Positions 39,025 to 51,166 are shown, numbered from the whole stretch's first letter. The stretch is 63,909 bases of DNA, filler included, from Reticulomyxa filosa (GCA_000512085.1; 18 parts of 18 records of this genome joined end to end with filler, not necessarily neighbours in it), one strand, 5' to 3'. The notes: generated from the letters alone by a model not told the origin. A program made the numbers and translations.

Positions 39025-39429
39025 TCAGACATGAGTGTGGTCATTGTGTCGCAAAATTCGATACAAACTGTACGATGCCACAGCAATAAGAATTGTAACG
39101 ATTGTGATAATGCTGACAATGAATGTATTTCCTTCTGCTGAACAGCACAGACACTTGCACTGATTGCAATCATATCGTAGCATCCATCCACACCATAGGC
39201 ATGTTTTTTTGTCGCTGCACCAGCTTCCTGTGTCTTTATTGCTGGCGTTGTGATTTTGGTTGTCACTATCAATATCACATCCACCATAATGGCAATGGCG
39301 ACTGCTGACTAATCCTAGGCCAGCAGGGCAGCTTCTTTCAACATGACCTTGCGTTTGAAAATTTAGGCTGAAGTTACAGATCAAAAGGAGGCATATAAAT
39401 CCTAAGCGGTACGACGTAAACACAACCAT
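39025..39429 (-). CDS. Small Cys-rich type I membrane protein (134 aa)
   Basis: Signal-peptide-like N-terminus, 11 Cys in the ~75-aa ectodomain, TM segment FIVSIITIVTILIAVASYSLY and a short tail. Confidence 0.55.
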   Translation of the reverse strand: MVVFTSYRLGFICLLLICNFSLNFQTQGHVERSCPAGLGLVSSRHCHYGGCDIDSDNQNHNASNKDTGSWCSDKKTCLWCGWMLRYDCNQCKCLCCSAEGNTFIVSIITIVTILIAVASYSLYRILRHNDHTHV

Positions 39430-39820
39430 GTCGTCAATGATCGATATTAATACTTTCTTTGTGGAATTTATTTTCCTAATGCCAACAAAACTTATATTTA
39501 AATCGGAAAAAAATTAATTAATGCATTCTACCAAAGAATTGTCGAAAGCTCATTAGCCCGTTTGAAAAAAAACACCCGTAACATAAAAAATAAGTACTTT
39601 AAAGATCCGATTGTGGGATGTCAGCAAGAATGGTGAATGTGGAAATATAAACAGTTTACTCATTTTTTGCAGCTTTTGCTTTGAGAAGGAGTTTTAGTGA
39701 AAACTACAGAATTATTTCAAGAGACATGAACTGGTCAATGTTTGCCCATGTTATGATACGGTTTTTAACAAGAAATGTTCAAACATTATGTCGCAAATAA
39801 TAATAGTATTTTTTTCTCTC

Positions 39821-42800
39821 TCAAACTTTCTCAATTAAATTTTGTTTGATGCAATCAGTATCAAGTTCAACATTGTGATAGCAAGTGTACGCAGTGGTTT
39901 CTCCTTCAAAAACAATTTGATGTTTATTCATCGGCCAGTTTTTAAAATGCGCACTATCTGAAACATCACCTTGGATAATGGATACATGGCGAATCATGCC
40001 CAAAGTTTGAATAATATCTTTATGCACTTGCAAAGTTTGAAATATTAAAGGTGAAGTAACATGGATAAAAATATCATATTGAGTTTTTGTGGGCAAATTA
40101 AAAACGGTTTGTTTATCGGAACGAATATTTTTGACGACATGGAGCAACGCATCCATTTGGTTTTCGACATCTATATTTGTCCAACCGGGGACTGGTTCGG
40201 GATACGTTTGAACGATTAAGGAGTCTCGCAAAGATCTCGAGCCAGGCAATCTCTGCCATAGTTCTTCAGTGATAAAAGGCATAAATGGATGCATCAATTT
40301 TAAAGACAAATCAATACAAATGTATAAAATATCTTTGACAACTTGAGCTGCCTTTTCATTAGTTTCAAACGTGGATTTGATCAATTCTAGGTACACATCA
40401 CACAACTCACGAGTGAAAAATTGATATACAATTTCAGTGCTTTGGTCAAAGCGATAGCTAGAATTACCAATTTGGCATTGATGAATTACATAATTGAGTT
40501 TGGACAAAATCCATTGATCTACAAATGAAGAGTGGGTCATGGTATCATCATTGAAGGTAGAAATGGATGGAGGGACATAATCCACTCCAAATTTCGAAAG
40601 AGAAAATCTCACCGCATTCCATATTTTGTTGCCAAACTGACGATATCCAATGATGCGAGCAACATCCAGATTGATATTTCGATGTTGCGTCAAATATCGA
40701 AGCAATCCAAAGCGAAGAGCATCAGCACCACAAGGTGGAATACCATTGGGAAAATCTTGCTTTTTTTTATTAACATACATTTGAATTTCGGAATCGCGAA
40801 TATTTCCACTATACAATTCATCAATCAAAGTTTTCAAATCAATTCCATCAATGATATACAAAGGATCAATCACATTGCCTTTGCTCTTGCTCATTTTGCC
40901 ACCATCCTTGTCACATACCATTGGATGTAACAATACGTGCTCAAAAGGCAACCGTCCGGTCAGTTCAAGTGACATCATAACCATACGTGCCACCCAAAAA
41001 AATAGAATATCTCCACCAGTTTCAAGCAAAGTAGTTGGGAAAAATTCTTTTAAATCTGCGCTGGACAAATCAGGCCAGCCCATTGCACTAAATGGGAACA
41101 ACCACTGGAAAACCATGTATCCAATACATCCGGATCTTGTTCCAACACAATTTCTTTCCCATCCTTTTGTGTCCCTCCAAACTTTTCATATGCAATTTGA
41201 TAAGCCTCACTTTCACTTCGTGCAATTATCCACTCCTCATGAAGGTCCAAGAGCGAGGTAGACTGTTCAGATAAACGTGTTGTGTTGGAAGTGCACAGCT
41301 TCCACGCTGGAATACGATGCCCCCACCACAATTGTCTGGAAATACACCATGGACGAATGTTTTCTAAAAAATATCTCCATTGTCGTTCTCCTTCCACAGC
41401 AGGAGTAAATTTCAATGCCTTGTCCACAAACACAGTATTCAATGCATTTTGAGCCATACTGGTACAATTGACATACCATTGAGGTTTTAAATAGGGTTCA
41501 ATCACATCTTTTGAGCGAGAGCACATTTGCAAAGCCATTTTGTGACTTTTTGCACTCACAAACAGTCCCAATTTGGACAACTCTTTAATGACTGTTTTTC
41601 GCGCGTCATATCGCAATTGGCCAGCGAAAAGAGTCCCTCCATGTTCATTAATTCTCCCATCTTCCGTGAGGATGTTAATCAAAGGAAGATTGTGCCTCTT
41701 GGCACACTCAAAATCATTTTCATCATGGGCAGGAGTGATCTTGACAGCCCCAGTACCAAAGTCTGGGTCCACAAACGAGTCGCAAATGATTGGCATCCGA
41801 CGTTTTAAGAAAGGATGCCACACATATTTGCCATGATATTTTTTGTATCTTAGATCGTCGGGATGGACTGCAATGGCAATATCTCCCAACATAGTTTCAA
41901 TTCGAGTTGTGGCAACCACAATTGTTTCGGAAGAAAGATTGTCATGATACTGGGCATTATCCTCAAGAATTGGATATTTGAATTCATATAACAATCCAAA
42001 TTCAATCGGAGTATTGTATCCAGGAATTGTCAATTTTGTTGGATGTTCCAATTCCACAGTGTCAATTTCGATATTGGAAATGGCTGATTGTAAATGACAA
42101 CTCCAATGACATAGCCCATTGGCCCGATAAATTAAGCCTTTTTGATGTAATTTCACAAATGCTTCAATCACTGCACGTGACAGTTTATCATCCATGGTAA
42201 ACACCTCACGTGACCAATCCACAGAGCAACCCATCCGTCGCAACTGCGCACAAATCTTTCCACCAAATTGATTTTTCCATTGCCAAACTTGTTCCAAAAA
42301 CTTGTCTCTTCCCATTTGTTGTTTGTACTTCCCTTCACGAAGCAATCGCCGTTCCACTACGGCCTGAGTGGCAATGCCAGCGTGATCTGTGCCTGGCAGC
42401 CACAGACAATTTTTTCCTTGCATTCGCCAATATCTTGTGATGCAATCTTCAATCGTTGCCATCAATGCATGTCCCAAATGCAAATTCCCTGTTACATTTG
42501 GCGGTGGAATTACCATCACAAATTTTTCCTTGGTACTATTCATCTCTGGTTTGTAAAAATCTTGCTCTTCCCAATATTTATCCCAATCTTTTTCCACCTC
42601 ACTTGGATCATAGTGCTTGGACATTGCTTCTGCCAAGGAACATTTTTTTTTTCTTTGCACATCATCACAATCATGGTACAACGGAATTTCGCTTTCTCCT
42701 TTTGATCTCCATTGCTTTTTCTCTTTCTCTTTTCCTTTCATTTCGCTTTCCTCTTTACTTAACATCTTCATCTCCTTTGCTTTTTCTATCTCTTGTTTTT

Positions 42801-43185
42801 TGTTCTTTTTTTCTTCCTTTTTTTTCTTTTTTTCTTCTTTTTTCATTTTTCTTTCTTCCGCTTTTTCTTCTTTTGACTTTGTTTGCTCTTCGTTCATCTT
42901 TGTCTCTTTTTCATCCGGTTTTGATTGAATTACTGGTATATCTGACGACTGTATTTGTTCCAACGTCATCAATTGCAGAACACGACCACACACACACCCA
43001 AAAAAAAAAAGGGTTTGTTTCTTTTGTTGTTGATTTGCATATTCTACGAAGAAAAGGGAAGAGAAACCTGTCACCGTTTTCAAAGTGGAAGAAAATCTTG
43101 CACATGAGAATTTAAATGTGCTAAAATTTTTACATCTGCAAATAGAGTATCTTTTTGCAGCATATGTTAGCCAACGGAAGCTCAT
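39821..43185 (-). CDS. VARS: Valyl-tRNA synthetase (one apparent 1-nt deletion at ~41100; a further 3' exon is possible)
   Basis: PPPNVTGNLHLGH (HIGH), PGTDHAGIATQ, GTGAVKITPAHD, WCISRQLWWGHRIP, DPDVLDTWFSSG(L)FPF, DILFFWVARM, KMSKSKGNVIDP, GADALRF and LMHPFMPFITEELW. Confidence 0.97.
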
Positions 43186-43789
43186 CTTGCTTATTGCATT
43201 TTTTTAATTATTATTATTATTTTTTTTTGCTGTAGCTCTCCTTGAAGAACTGCACTCTAAGTTAAACAAAACATAATGTAACTATTGTGCACGCTAAGTA
43301 TTCGTTTGACAAATGCTTTTAACTTCTTCTACTTAAGTTAAGAAGAAAACAATAAATTAAAATTTTGTCACAAATATTAGCACATTAGGTTTAATAAATG
43401 TAATTCGCTGTTGAGCACACAGCCCAAAAGAATTTCAGAAATACATAGTTGTGTTATTGTGACCATAACTACACAACAATATAAAGATATCCTAAACACA
43501 AAACAAAAACTTCATTTTGCTCCAAAAGTACGCCACTGCTATTTTTATTCAATGGGACCTCTGGGCTTTGTTGCATACGAAAATTTTTCTTGAAATTTCT
43601 TGACTTTTCATTCTCTTTTTTTGGCGTGAATCTGAAATGAAATATTGAAAGAACAAAGATAGCACAAGAGTAAAAGTAAAATCGGTGCAATTTGATGATG
43701 AAATATTAATTGCATGCTTCACATCGTGTTGCCTCTCTAAAAAAAGTACCGCTTGCGGTTTCCCGTTTTTTGAGCTTTCCAAAAAACTG

Positions 43790-44502
43790 ATGAGAAAAAA
43801 CTTTTTTGTTGGAATCCCTATCCGTCGAGAGTATAGTGTGCATTGGTTCCCAAAGTGGAATCAATTTCATAAAAAAGTTCGACTGGTGCACCCTGAAGAC
43901 CTTCATGTCACTGTGGCTTTTTTGGGCAAGGAGCTTGGTGAGACCTCCTTGCGATCAATTTGTGAATACCTGGACAAAATGAATGCTTTTGTTGAACCTC
44001 ATTACTTCACATTAACCAAACCTATTCTGTTGCCCAACACAAGGCAACCCACCGCAATAGGATATGAAATTGGTGAAAATCTTCAATTGCTGCAGACGTT
44101 GATTATGCAACACCGAGCACAATTTACAAAATTGGCCAATATTCGATCAGATCGTAGAACACCACTGCCCCATCTAACCATTGCACGACCTCCTTCTCTT
44201 ATTAACAAAAATTATGCAGAAGTAATTACAGGTTTTTTTTTATTACCAATGACTTGACTTACATTGCAAACATAAACATGCACTGATATAATCCGCAGTG
44301 CTTGCAAAGTATTCAACAATGGTATGAAAACAAAGATGGAACGACATTCATCCCTGGGGAGGAATATCGAATACGTTTGGACGAAATAGCTCTATACACT
44401 TGGGCAGACGGATATCCAAACCGAACCAACCCAAGTGCATGCAACTTCAAGATCATTCATCGCAAAAAATTGATTAGTGAAACTCTTCAATTTTTAAACT
44501 GA
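43790..44502 (+). CDS. 2H phosphoesterase, RNA 2',3'-cyclic phosphodiesterase (ThpR/LigT-like); exons 43790-44221 and 44299-44502
   Basis: Two HxT motifs, PEDLHVTVAFLG and PLPHLTIARP, an N-terminal FFVGIP strand and a C-terminal IALYTW. A phase-0 intron GTAATT...CCGCAG (44222-44298) joins the two ORFs in frame. Confidence 0.88.
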
Positions 44503-44758
44503 CAAAATGTTAATTCAACTCAATAGAAATCTGCTTTTAAAAACCTCTCTTCATATTGCTGAGTTTTGAGGATTGTCACTGTTAGTCATTGTGTATGCAT
44601 ACTTTTTCCTTTTCAAAGTACTTGTTTGGGTTCCATTTGTTATGATATAAAATTTATTGCACAAAAAGGTCGATTTAAGGGAGGAGAGGAGGTTGTTTTG
44701 TTTACATTTGAATTGGTGGAGGAGAGAAGGAAATTTGGGTAAAAAAAAACAACTAAAA

Positions 44759-45050
44759 TCAATCATCATCATTGTCGAATTGGCTGTCATTGTTGTCGTC
44801 TTGATTTTCTATCTTATGAACTTTTTCTAGCACTTTCTTTTTTTGGGCAGATCTTCTTGCTTCTCGACGATATCGAATGCTTCGAAGCAATTGTTTAGCG
44901 GTGTGCACCCCTAAAACAGATTGCATGGCAATTCGAATATTGTCATTTTTATTCAACAAGTGTACCAAGTTTTCTCGGGGCCACTTCGCATATACGCAAT
45001 CAGATACACAGCGAAATCCAATATCCAAGCGATCACCTATAGATGGAGAA
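44759..45050 (-). CDS. 3' exon of a Popeye-domain (cNMP-binding-like) protein
   Basis: FRCVSDCVYAKWPRENLVHLLNKNDNIRIAMQSVLGVHTAKQL resembles the end of the POPDC/BVES domain (AETDCRYVSWRRKKLYLLF....I...FS.LIG.DIA.KL). Confidence 0.55.
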
Positions 45051-45214
45051 AAAAGTTGGACAAGGAGATGTGTGTGTATGTGCCACAATATTAATACATA
45101 ATAGATATACAATTNNNNNNNNNNNNNNNNNNNNNNNNNNNNNNNNNNNNNNNNNNNNTTAATTAATTAANNNNNNNNNNNNNNNNNNNNNNNNNNNNNN
45201 NNNNNNNNNNNNNN

Positions 45215-46727
45215 TGAAGACATTAAGTGCGGCGGAACAAGAAGTCGTGGAAAAAGTGCATCATGTATCAAACCATACTTATATACAATCTTTATTTGGT
45301 GACAATAAACTGATTTTTGCAGATCAAAAAGATATTTTCATTGTAGAATAGTGTGACTATTTTACCACACTTAAAAAAGAAATTGATGATCGATTGATTG
45401 GAAAAAATCCAGATACAAAAAGGGCTGTATTGGTATTTTTTGAATCCAAAAAACAATTGATTGAGTTTTATGAATCTTCCAACTTTGTCGAAATGAAACG
45501 TGATGCTATTGTAATGACTGAAGAAAATATCAATGAAGAAAAGGAATATCTAATCAAACGTGCAACCACTTCTGGACAAGTGGGATTGTTTACTAGGGCA
45601 TTTGGAAGAGGTACTGATTTTGTTTGTTGTGGTCAAGTTGTTGGAGCCAATGGCGGAATACATGTTATTCAAACATTTCTTTTCGAAGAACTATCCGAAG
45701 AGGTGCAAATTAAAGGAAGAACAGCCAGACAAGGTGATTCGGGTTCATATAGTTTGGTGCTGTGTGACAAACTACTTGAACAATTCTTAATCACTAAAGT
45801 TGATATTGATAATGCACGAAGTATTGGAAATTTTTATCCTTTATTGCATTCCAAGAGAACTGAATTCTTTAAAGCTCAATATGCAGAAAGCAAACAATAT
45901 GTTGAGTATGCTGCAAACGAACATAAATTGGGTGATAGATTAATTGTGGTTTTGAAAAAAAATGATGCAATTACAGTAAAAAAAATGTTATGTGATAGGA
46001 ACAAAGGAGCGGAAGAGAAAAAGCTTTCGCAAACTATTATTCTAATGGATGGAACTGCATCTATGACTCATTTACTTCAAAAAACAAAAAATACTGTATG
46101 CACTATGTTTGAACGTATTTCGACAATATTAAAAGAAAATGGGGAATCTCCAAATAACTTTGAGATACAGTTTGTAGTGTATCGTAATTATAATGCACCT
46201 GAAGATATGCTTCTAAAAATTTCTCCTTGGGAATCAAATTTTATGGAAACTATTGTGGCTTGTTATGGATGGGGAAATGAAGCAATTGAAATTGGATTGG
46301 CTCATGTCAATCAAGAAGCTGAAAAAGGTGATGTTTCACAAGTTATATTAATTGGTGATGCACCAGCAAATACAAGACAAGAAGTATCTGATAAAGGAGT
46401 TCATTGCAATATGGATTTGGAATACCTTATTGGAAAAAGACAATATTATTTTCTGAGTCCACATATTATGAAGATGAACTTATGCGTTTGAAACAACGCA
46501 AAATTCCAGTTCATGCCATTTATATCAATGATCAAGCAAAAAAAAATTTTACAGATATTGCTGTGATAACTAACGGTCGATATGAAAAATTGGATATTAA
46601 TTCACCACAAGGTTCAAGTCAATGAACTAACTTAGTTTCTGAGAAAGTACTCAGAAATATTGGAGGATCAAAAGGAAGTGCATTTGTAAATGCTTACAGA
46701 GCAAAATTTCTTAAATCCTTCACTTAA
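45215..46727 (+). pseudogene. SecA-like helicase C-terminal domain fused to a VWA domain, disrupted copy
   Basis: SecA-type motifs AVLVFFE, FGRGTDF, GGIHVIQT and QIKGRTARQGDSG. VWA motifs ILMDGTASM, FVVYRNY, NEAIEIGL and VILIGDAP. Disrupted by in-frame TAG at 45349-45351, a frameshift near 46400 and TGA at 46623-46625. Confidence 0.8.
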
Positions 46728-47078
46728 ATTTTTCTTTCTGTTTAGTTTGTATGTACCAATGTTACAATGTTTAAACATTAATAACTCTTCAAGTTGTTAA
46801 GTTATTGAAAAAAGGTTTTTTTCATGAAATAATTTTCTATAAGCGGTCAATGTGGAATATGTTGACTATCACCAGACAGACACAAAGTATAATATTAAAA
46901 AAAAAAAATTTAAGTAAACAAAAAGGAGAACTGTGTCAATTCCAAACATAAACGAGCATTGTATCGTCTCATTATATTNNNNNNNNNNNNNNNNNNNNNN
47001 NNNNNNNNNNNNNNNNNNNNNNTTAATTAATTAANNNNNNNNNNNNNNNNNNNNNNNNNNNNNNNNNNNNNNNNNNNN

Positions 47079-47351
47079 TCCCCATAATGTAACATCACCT
47101 GGATACTCACAGATAAACTTGTATTCGTTTTTGATTGTATGATAAGAATAACAAGCTCTTTTATATACACCTCCACAAGTAAAGCGTTCGTGTTTGTGTA
47201 GCATACATTGAGAGTCTGAAAGTGGATTGGGCAAAACCTTGAAACTTTTAAAGAGGGTAATAAGATGTCGACTTTGTTCAGTTTCTCTTTCAGGAGATTC
47301 TTGTGTTGTTAATGTTGCTGAAGTTTTTTTTAAAGGTAGGGGATTTTTCAT
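47079..47351 (-). CDS. Kelch-type beta-propeller family protein, 5' fragment
   Basis: FKVLPNPLSDSQCMLHKHERFTCGGVYKRACYSYHTIKNEYKFICEYP contains the Kelch GG..Y pattern and matches, from memory, a highly expanded Reticulomyxa family. Confidence 0.7.
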
Positions 47352-47849
47352 TTGGAAAAAGAATAACAAGTGGTTTTTAATCTTAATGGCAAACGTAATG
47401 ATAAGTGATTGTCTTATGTTAAAAAAATAGAGAACAAAACAATATGTATTATTTCAAAAAAAGGGTGACAGAAATTTCCATCAAATTGAATTCCAGGTTT
47501 TTTTTGAAGAGATTTTACCTTTTTTAGAAGAGATTACTTTTTTCCATACATACGATCCTTAGTTATTGTTATTTACATTCATTCAAGATATGACTCATTA
47601 CAGTCATTTTTATGCATTAAAAATAAAACATATTCATATTCGATAACGTGTCTTGTAGCTTGAAGATACAATTTTCTAGCAAAATAATTGTAATTTATTG
47701 CGCTTTTAAAATAAATTTGGTTGGATAGTATACATTCAACATTTAATTTCAAATTTCACTCTTGATTTATTTTTGTTAAATGAAGAAAACTGAAAAGTTA
47801 AAAGATATTAAAGCAGACAAACTTTGAGTTGAAGAGCTAAATAAACTAT

Positions 47850-48540
47850 AAAGTGGAATATTCAACGAATTCAAGTGTTTAATGGACATACAGATATGTG
47901 TCAAATATTCACCATTTGTAATAAAGAGTGCAATGAAATTGTTGGTGGTAATTTAAATGTGATATGCTTTAATCACTTATACAATTTGATTTTGTGATAT
48001 TTGATCAAATAAGAATCAATTGTAAGTGATCAAAGAAGATGACGAAGAATATTATGGAGTAATACGTTTTAAATTTTCACAATTTAGAAAGAATGAAAAG
48101 GCAATGATGACATTGGTTCAGTTTCGTCAATTTTGAGTGATTGCATTTGACAATTCACTCATTGCAACTCCATTTGTTCAAATGTTGTATCTCTTGAATA
48201 TGCAATGGATTATGAGAAAGAAGTTTCATTGGATTATCAATTCTCTTCATTAAGTATATGGTATGTTGTTTTAATATCCATCTTTGAGTTTTTATTTTTT
48301 ATTGTTATCGTTTTTGCTTTATCCAAAGAAGAAGAGACCCAAATGATTATTCAATTTTAAATTAGGATGGATCAAAAATTTTGACAAATTCGTTGTCAAT
48401 TATGTTAGTTCATTTGTTTTTTCTTTCATGTAGCACCAATTCAAACATTTAAATGTTTATTTAACATAGGCATTTACTGTTTTCATGTTTGATTCACTTC
48501 TTTATTTGCAGACAATTGCAAAAAATAGACTTCATTATCT
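47850..48540 (+). pseudogene. Decayed WD40-family remnants
   Basis: IQVFNGH and KYSPF remnants. The segment ...AAATTAGGATGGATCAAAAATTTTGACAAATTCGTTGTCAATTATGTTAG (48360-48408) parallels the exon and donor at 59223-59272. Confidence 0.55.
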
Positions 48541-50122
48541 TGGAAAATAAATATTGCAAATACCATAATTATTATGAACATTTGCTTTGAGAAAGGGTGT
48601 ATTCCATACAATAGTAAAAATAATAGTGAACATCAAATAAACAAAAACAAACAATAATTTTGAAATGAATGATTTCTGACATATCATTGGTTCAATCAAT
48701 AAAAATAGATCAATCACAATTAACTCCTTTCCTAATGTTACCACATTCAATACATTTTCACTTCACTTTCAAACAATCTTCACCTGGAGGTATTGTTTCA
48801 AAAAACAATTCAACATCTTCTTCATTCAAATGCCACATTGTTGGGTTCTTTTTGTCTTGTTCCAATCNNNNNNNNNNNNNNNNNNNNNNNNNNNNNNNNN
48901 NNNNNNNNNNNTTAATTAATTAANNNNNNNNNNNNNNNNNNNNNNNNNNNNNNNNNNNNNNNNNNNNAGCAGCCCTACTCTCAGAATCTAGCGCATTAAA
49001 AAGAATCCAACTCGATATGTGACTTGCAAGTGTTTTGAGTTTTGCAATGGAAAAATGCGTATTAAGAAGTAAACTTTGCGTTCAAGTTGTGCTGATATTG
49101 ACAATTGGGTTCGGCCAAGAGGATCCAGCCTCGATAGCCGGCCTGATGCATTGACGATAATGTAGAATATTGTGCGAGATTATGAAATAGATGATCTTTG
49201 CTATTGATCGTGACCATTGGGATGTGTGATCACCAGCAACTCGTGTTTGATTTTGCAATGATAAAAAGTTTTCAATTTCGTTTTGTTGTTGGTGCTGGGT
49301 TGATTTGAACAAACTAAGATGGTGTTGCAACTCGCTGACCTTTTTCTCTTGTTGTTTGCTCAACATGAAAAACTTGGTACTCCATATTGGTTAAAAAAAC
49401 TGAAGATAAGTTGAAAAGGGACCTAACTAAAGAAAAAGTTGAATAAAATAAGATTTAAAAATTTTCTGTTGACTTTTATGATAAAAAAATGTGATTATCT
49501 GTCCCAAAATAAATTTATATTAAAATTGCAATAAAAAACAGTAATAAACATTTTGAGGAAAAACAGACAAGGGGGGCGACCCAAAGAAACTAACTGTTTG
49601 TCAAACATAAACCTTTCGTTATTTTTTTTTAAAGTTAAGTTTGTTCGATATAAAAGAGTTCTTTAAGTGGATAGGTCAGCACACTGACTTTTCTCCACAC
49701 ACACACACATACCAAGTACATGAGTTGACTCCCCCCTTACCCCCTTCCAACATTTATAATGAACACACTCCAAACAAAACAAAAAAAATAAAAAATAAAA
49801 ATAGGAAATTACATAATAATGGCGTGGGTGCTCTCGCTCTCGTTCAAGCTAATCTTTGTTCAAAGTTAAAAATGCATGATCAAAATTTGTTAATTGGCTT
49901 ATTTTTTTTTTTAAATAAAAAAAAAATTAATGGACTTGTGTGGGATATGTTGCCAAAAGAGTGATCAAATTGACGTCCTTTAATTTTTTTTTTCAATCCC
50001 ATACAAAAGGGTTTTTTTGTACATATATTTTTGATTGTTTGAGCCTTTATGTGTATGATGCAAATAGGTCAAATCGTGGGGAAATGGCTGTTGTGGCTCA
50101 ATTGACAGAAACAACACGATTG

Positions 50123-50334
50123 CCAATGGCAAAGGCCGGTGGCAAGGACCGATGGCAAGGGCTGACGGCAAGGGCCGATGGCAAAGGCTGACACAAAGGC
50201 CAACAAATTGGGCACATAGGCCGACAAGTTGGACGCAGAGACCGATGATTTGGACGCAGAGGCCAACAAGTCGGACGCAGAAGCCGACAAGTTGGACGCA
50301 GATGCTGATAAGTTGGACACAAAGACCAACTGTG
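50123..50334 (+). repeat. 12-13-bp repeats followed by seven 21-bp repeats (TGGACGCAGAGGCCAACAAGT) encoding WTQRPTS, within a decayed Pro/Thr mucin-like gene
   Basis: 21-bp units at 50188, 50209, 50230, 50251, 50272, 50293 and 50314, with CCGATGGCAAGG-like units just upstream. Downstream PTR/PTK-rich frames are frameshifted. Confidence 0.8.
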
Positions 50335-51031
50335 AACCCGACAAAAAAATTCAACGAAGGAACTCGTAGGCGCACTAGTTGTTCTACCAGAGTTCCCAAT
50401 AAGGCTCCTCCAACAAGGCCCCCCAATAAGGCCCTCCCCCAACAAAAGCACCCACCAAACTTACAACAAGATTGCCAACAAAAAAAACAACACATCAACT
50501 ACAAGAAAACCTGCTCGTAGACTCAATAGCCGTCCTATCAGAATTCCTATCAATTAAGTTTTTATTTTTACTTTTCCATTAAACAAATTTTTTAACTTAT
50601 TTTTATACACAAAATAGAGTCCCAAAAAAGATACCAATCAGACGTGTCCAACATTTATCAATTAAGTCTTTTTTTTTTTAATCTCACAAAATTATTTGAA
50701 CTATTTCTACGTAAACATTACAAAATAGAGTTCCAGCAAACAATCTCCAACAAAAGTGCCAACAAAAGACGTATACTCGTCCTCCAACTCGTGGATCCAT
50801 TCGCCCTCCAACCAAAGTTCCTACCAATGCTACAACTTTGTTTACCAACCAATGTTCCAACAAGATTGCCAACTAAAAGGCTAACTCATAGCCACACAAA
50901 GTATAATTTTTTTTTTTACAATCATCATTTCNNNNNNNNNNNNNNNNNNNNNNNNNNNNNNNNNNNNNNNNNNNNTTAATTAATTAANNNNNNNNNNNNN
51001 NNNNNNNNNNNNNNNNNNNNNNNNNNNNNNN

Positions 51032-51073
<42 letters not shown>

Positions 51074-51120
51074 ATGTATATAGTGGTATATGTGCATATA
51101 TAGTAGATGACTGGAAGGGC

Positions 51121-51166
51121 TTCCGGGATTTTAAAAACCCGGAATTCAAACCCTTTCGGTTCCAAC
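51121..51166 (-). other. 454 paired-end hairpin adaptor remnant inside a contig (artefact, probable chimeric junction)
   Basis: TTCCGGGATTTTAAAAACCCGGAATTCAAACCCTTTCGGTTCCAAC, which includes EcoRI (GAATTC) and MmeI (TCCAAC) sites. Confidence 0.92.

Noticed and set aside
45349-45351. In-frame stops as evidence of a reassigned genetic code
   Set aside because: Long conserved genes (POR, ValRS, MVK, P450) have no internal stops and end in standard stops. Internal stops occur only in copies that also have frameshifts.
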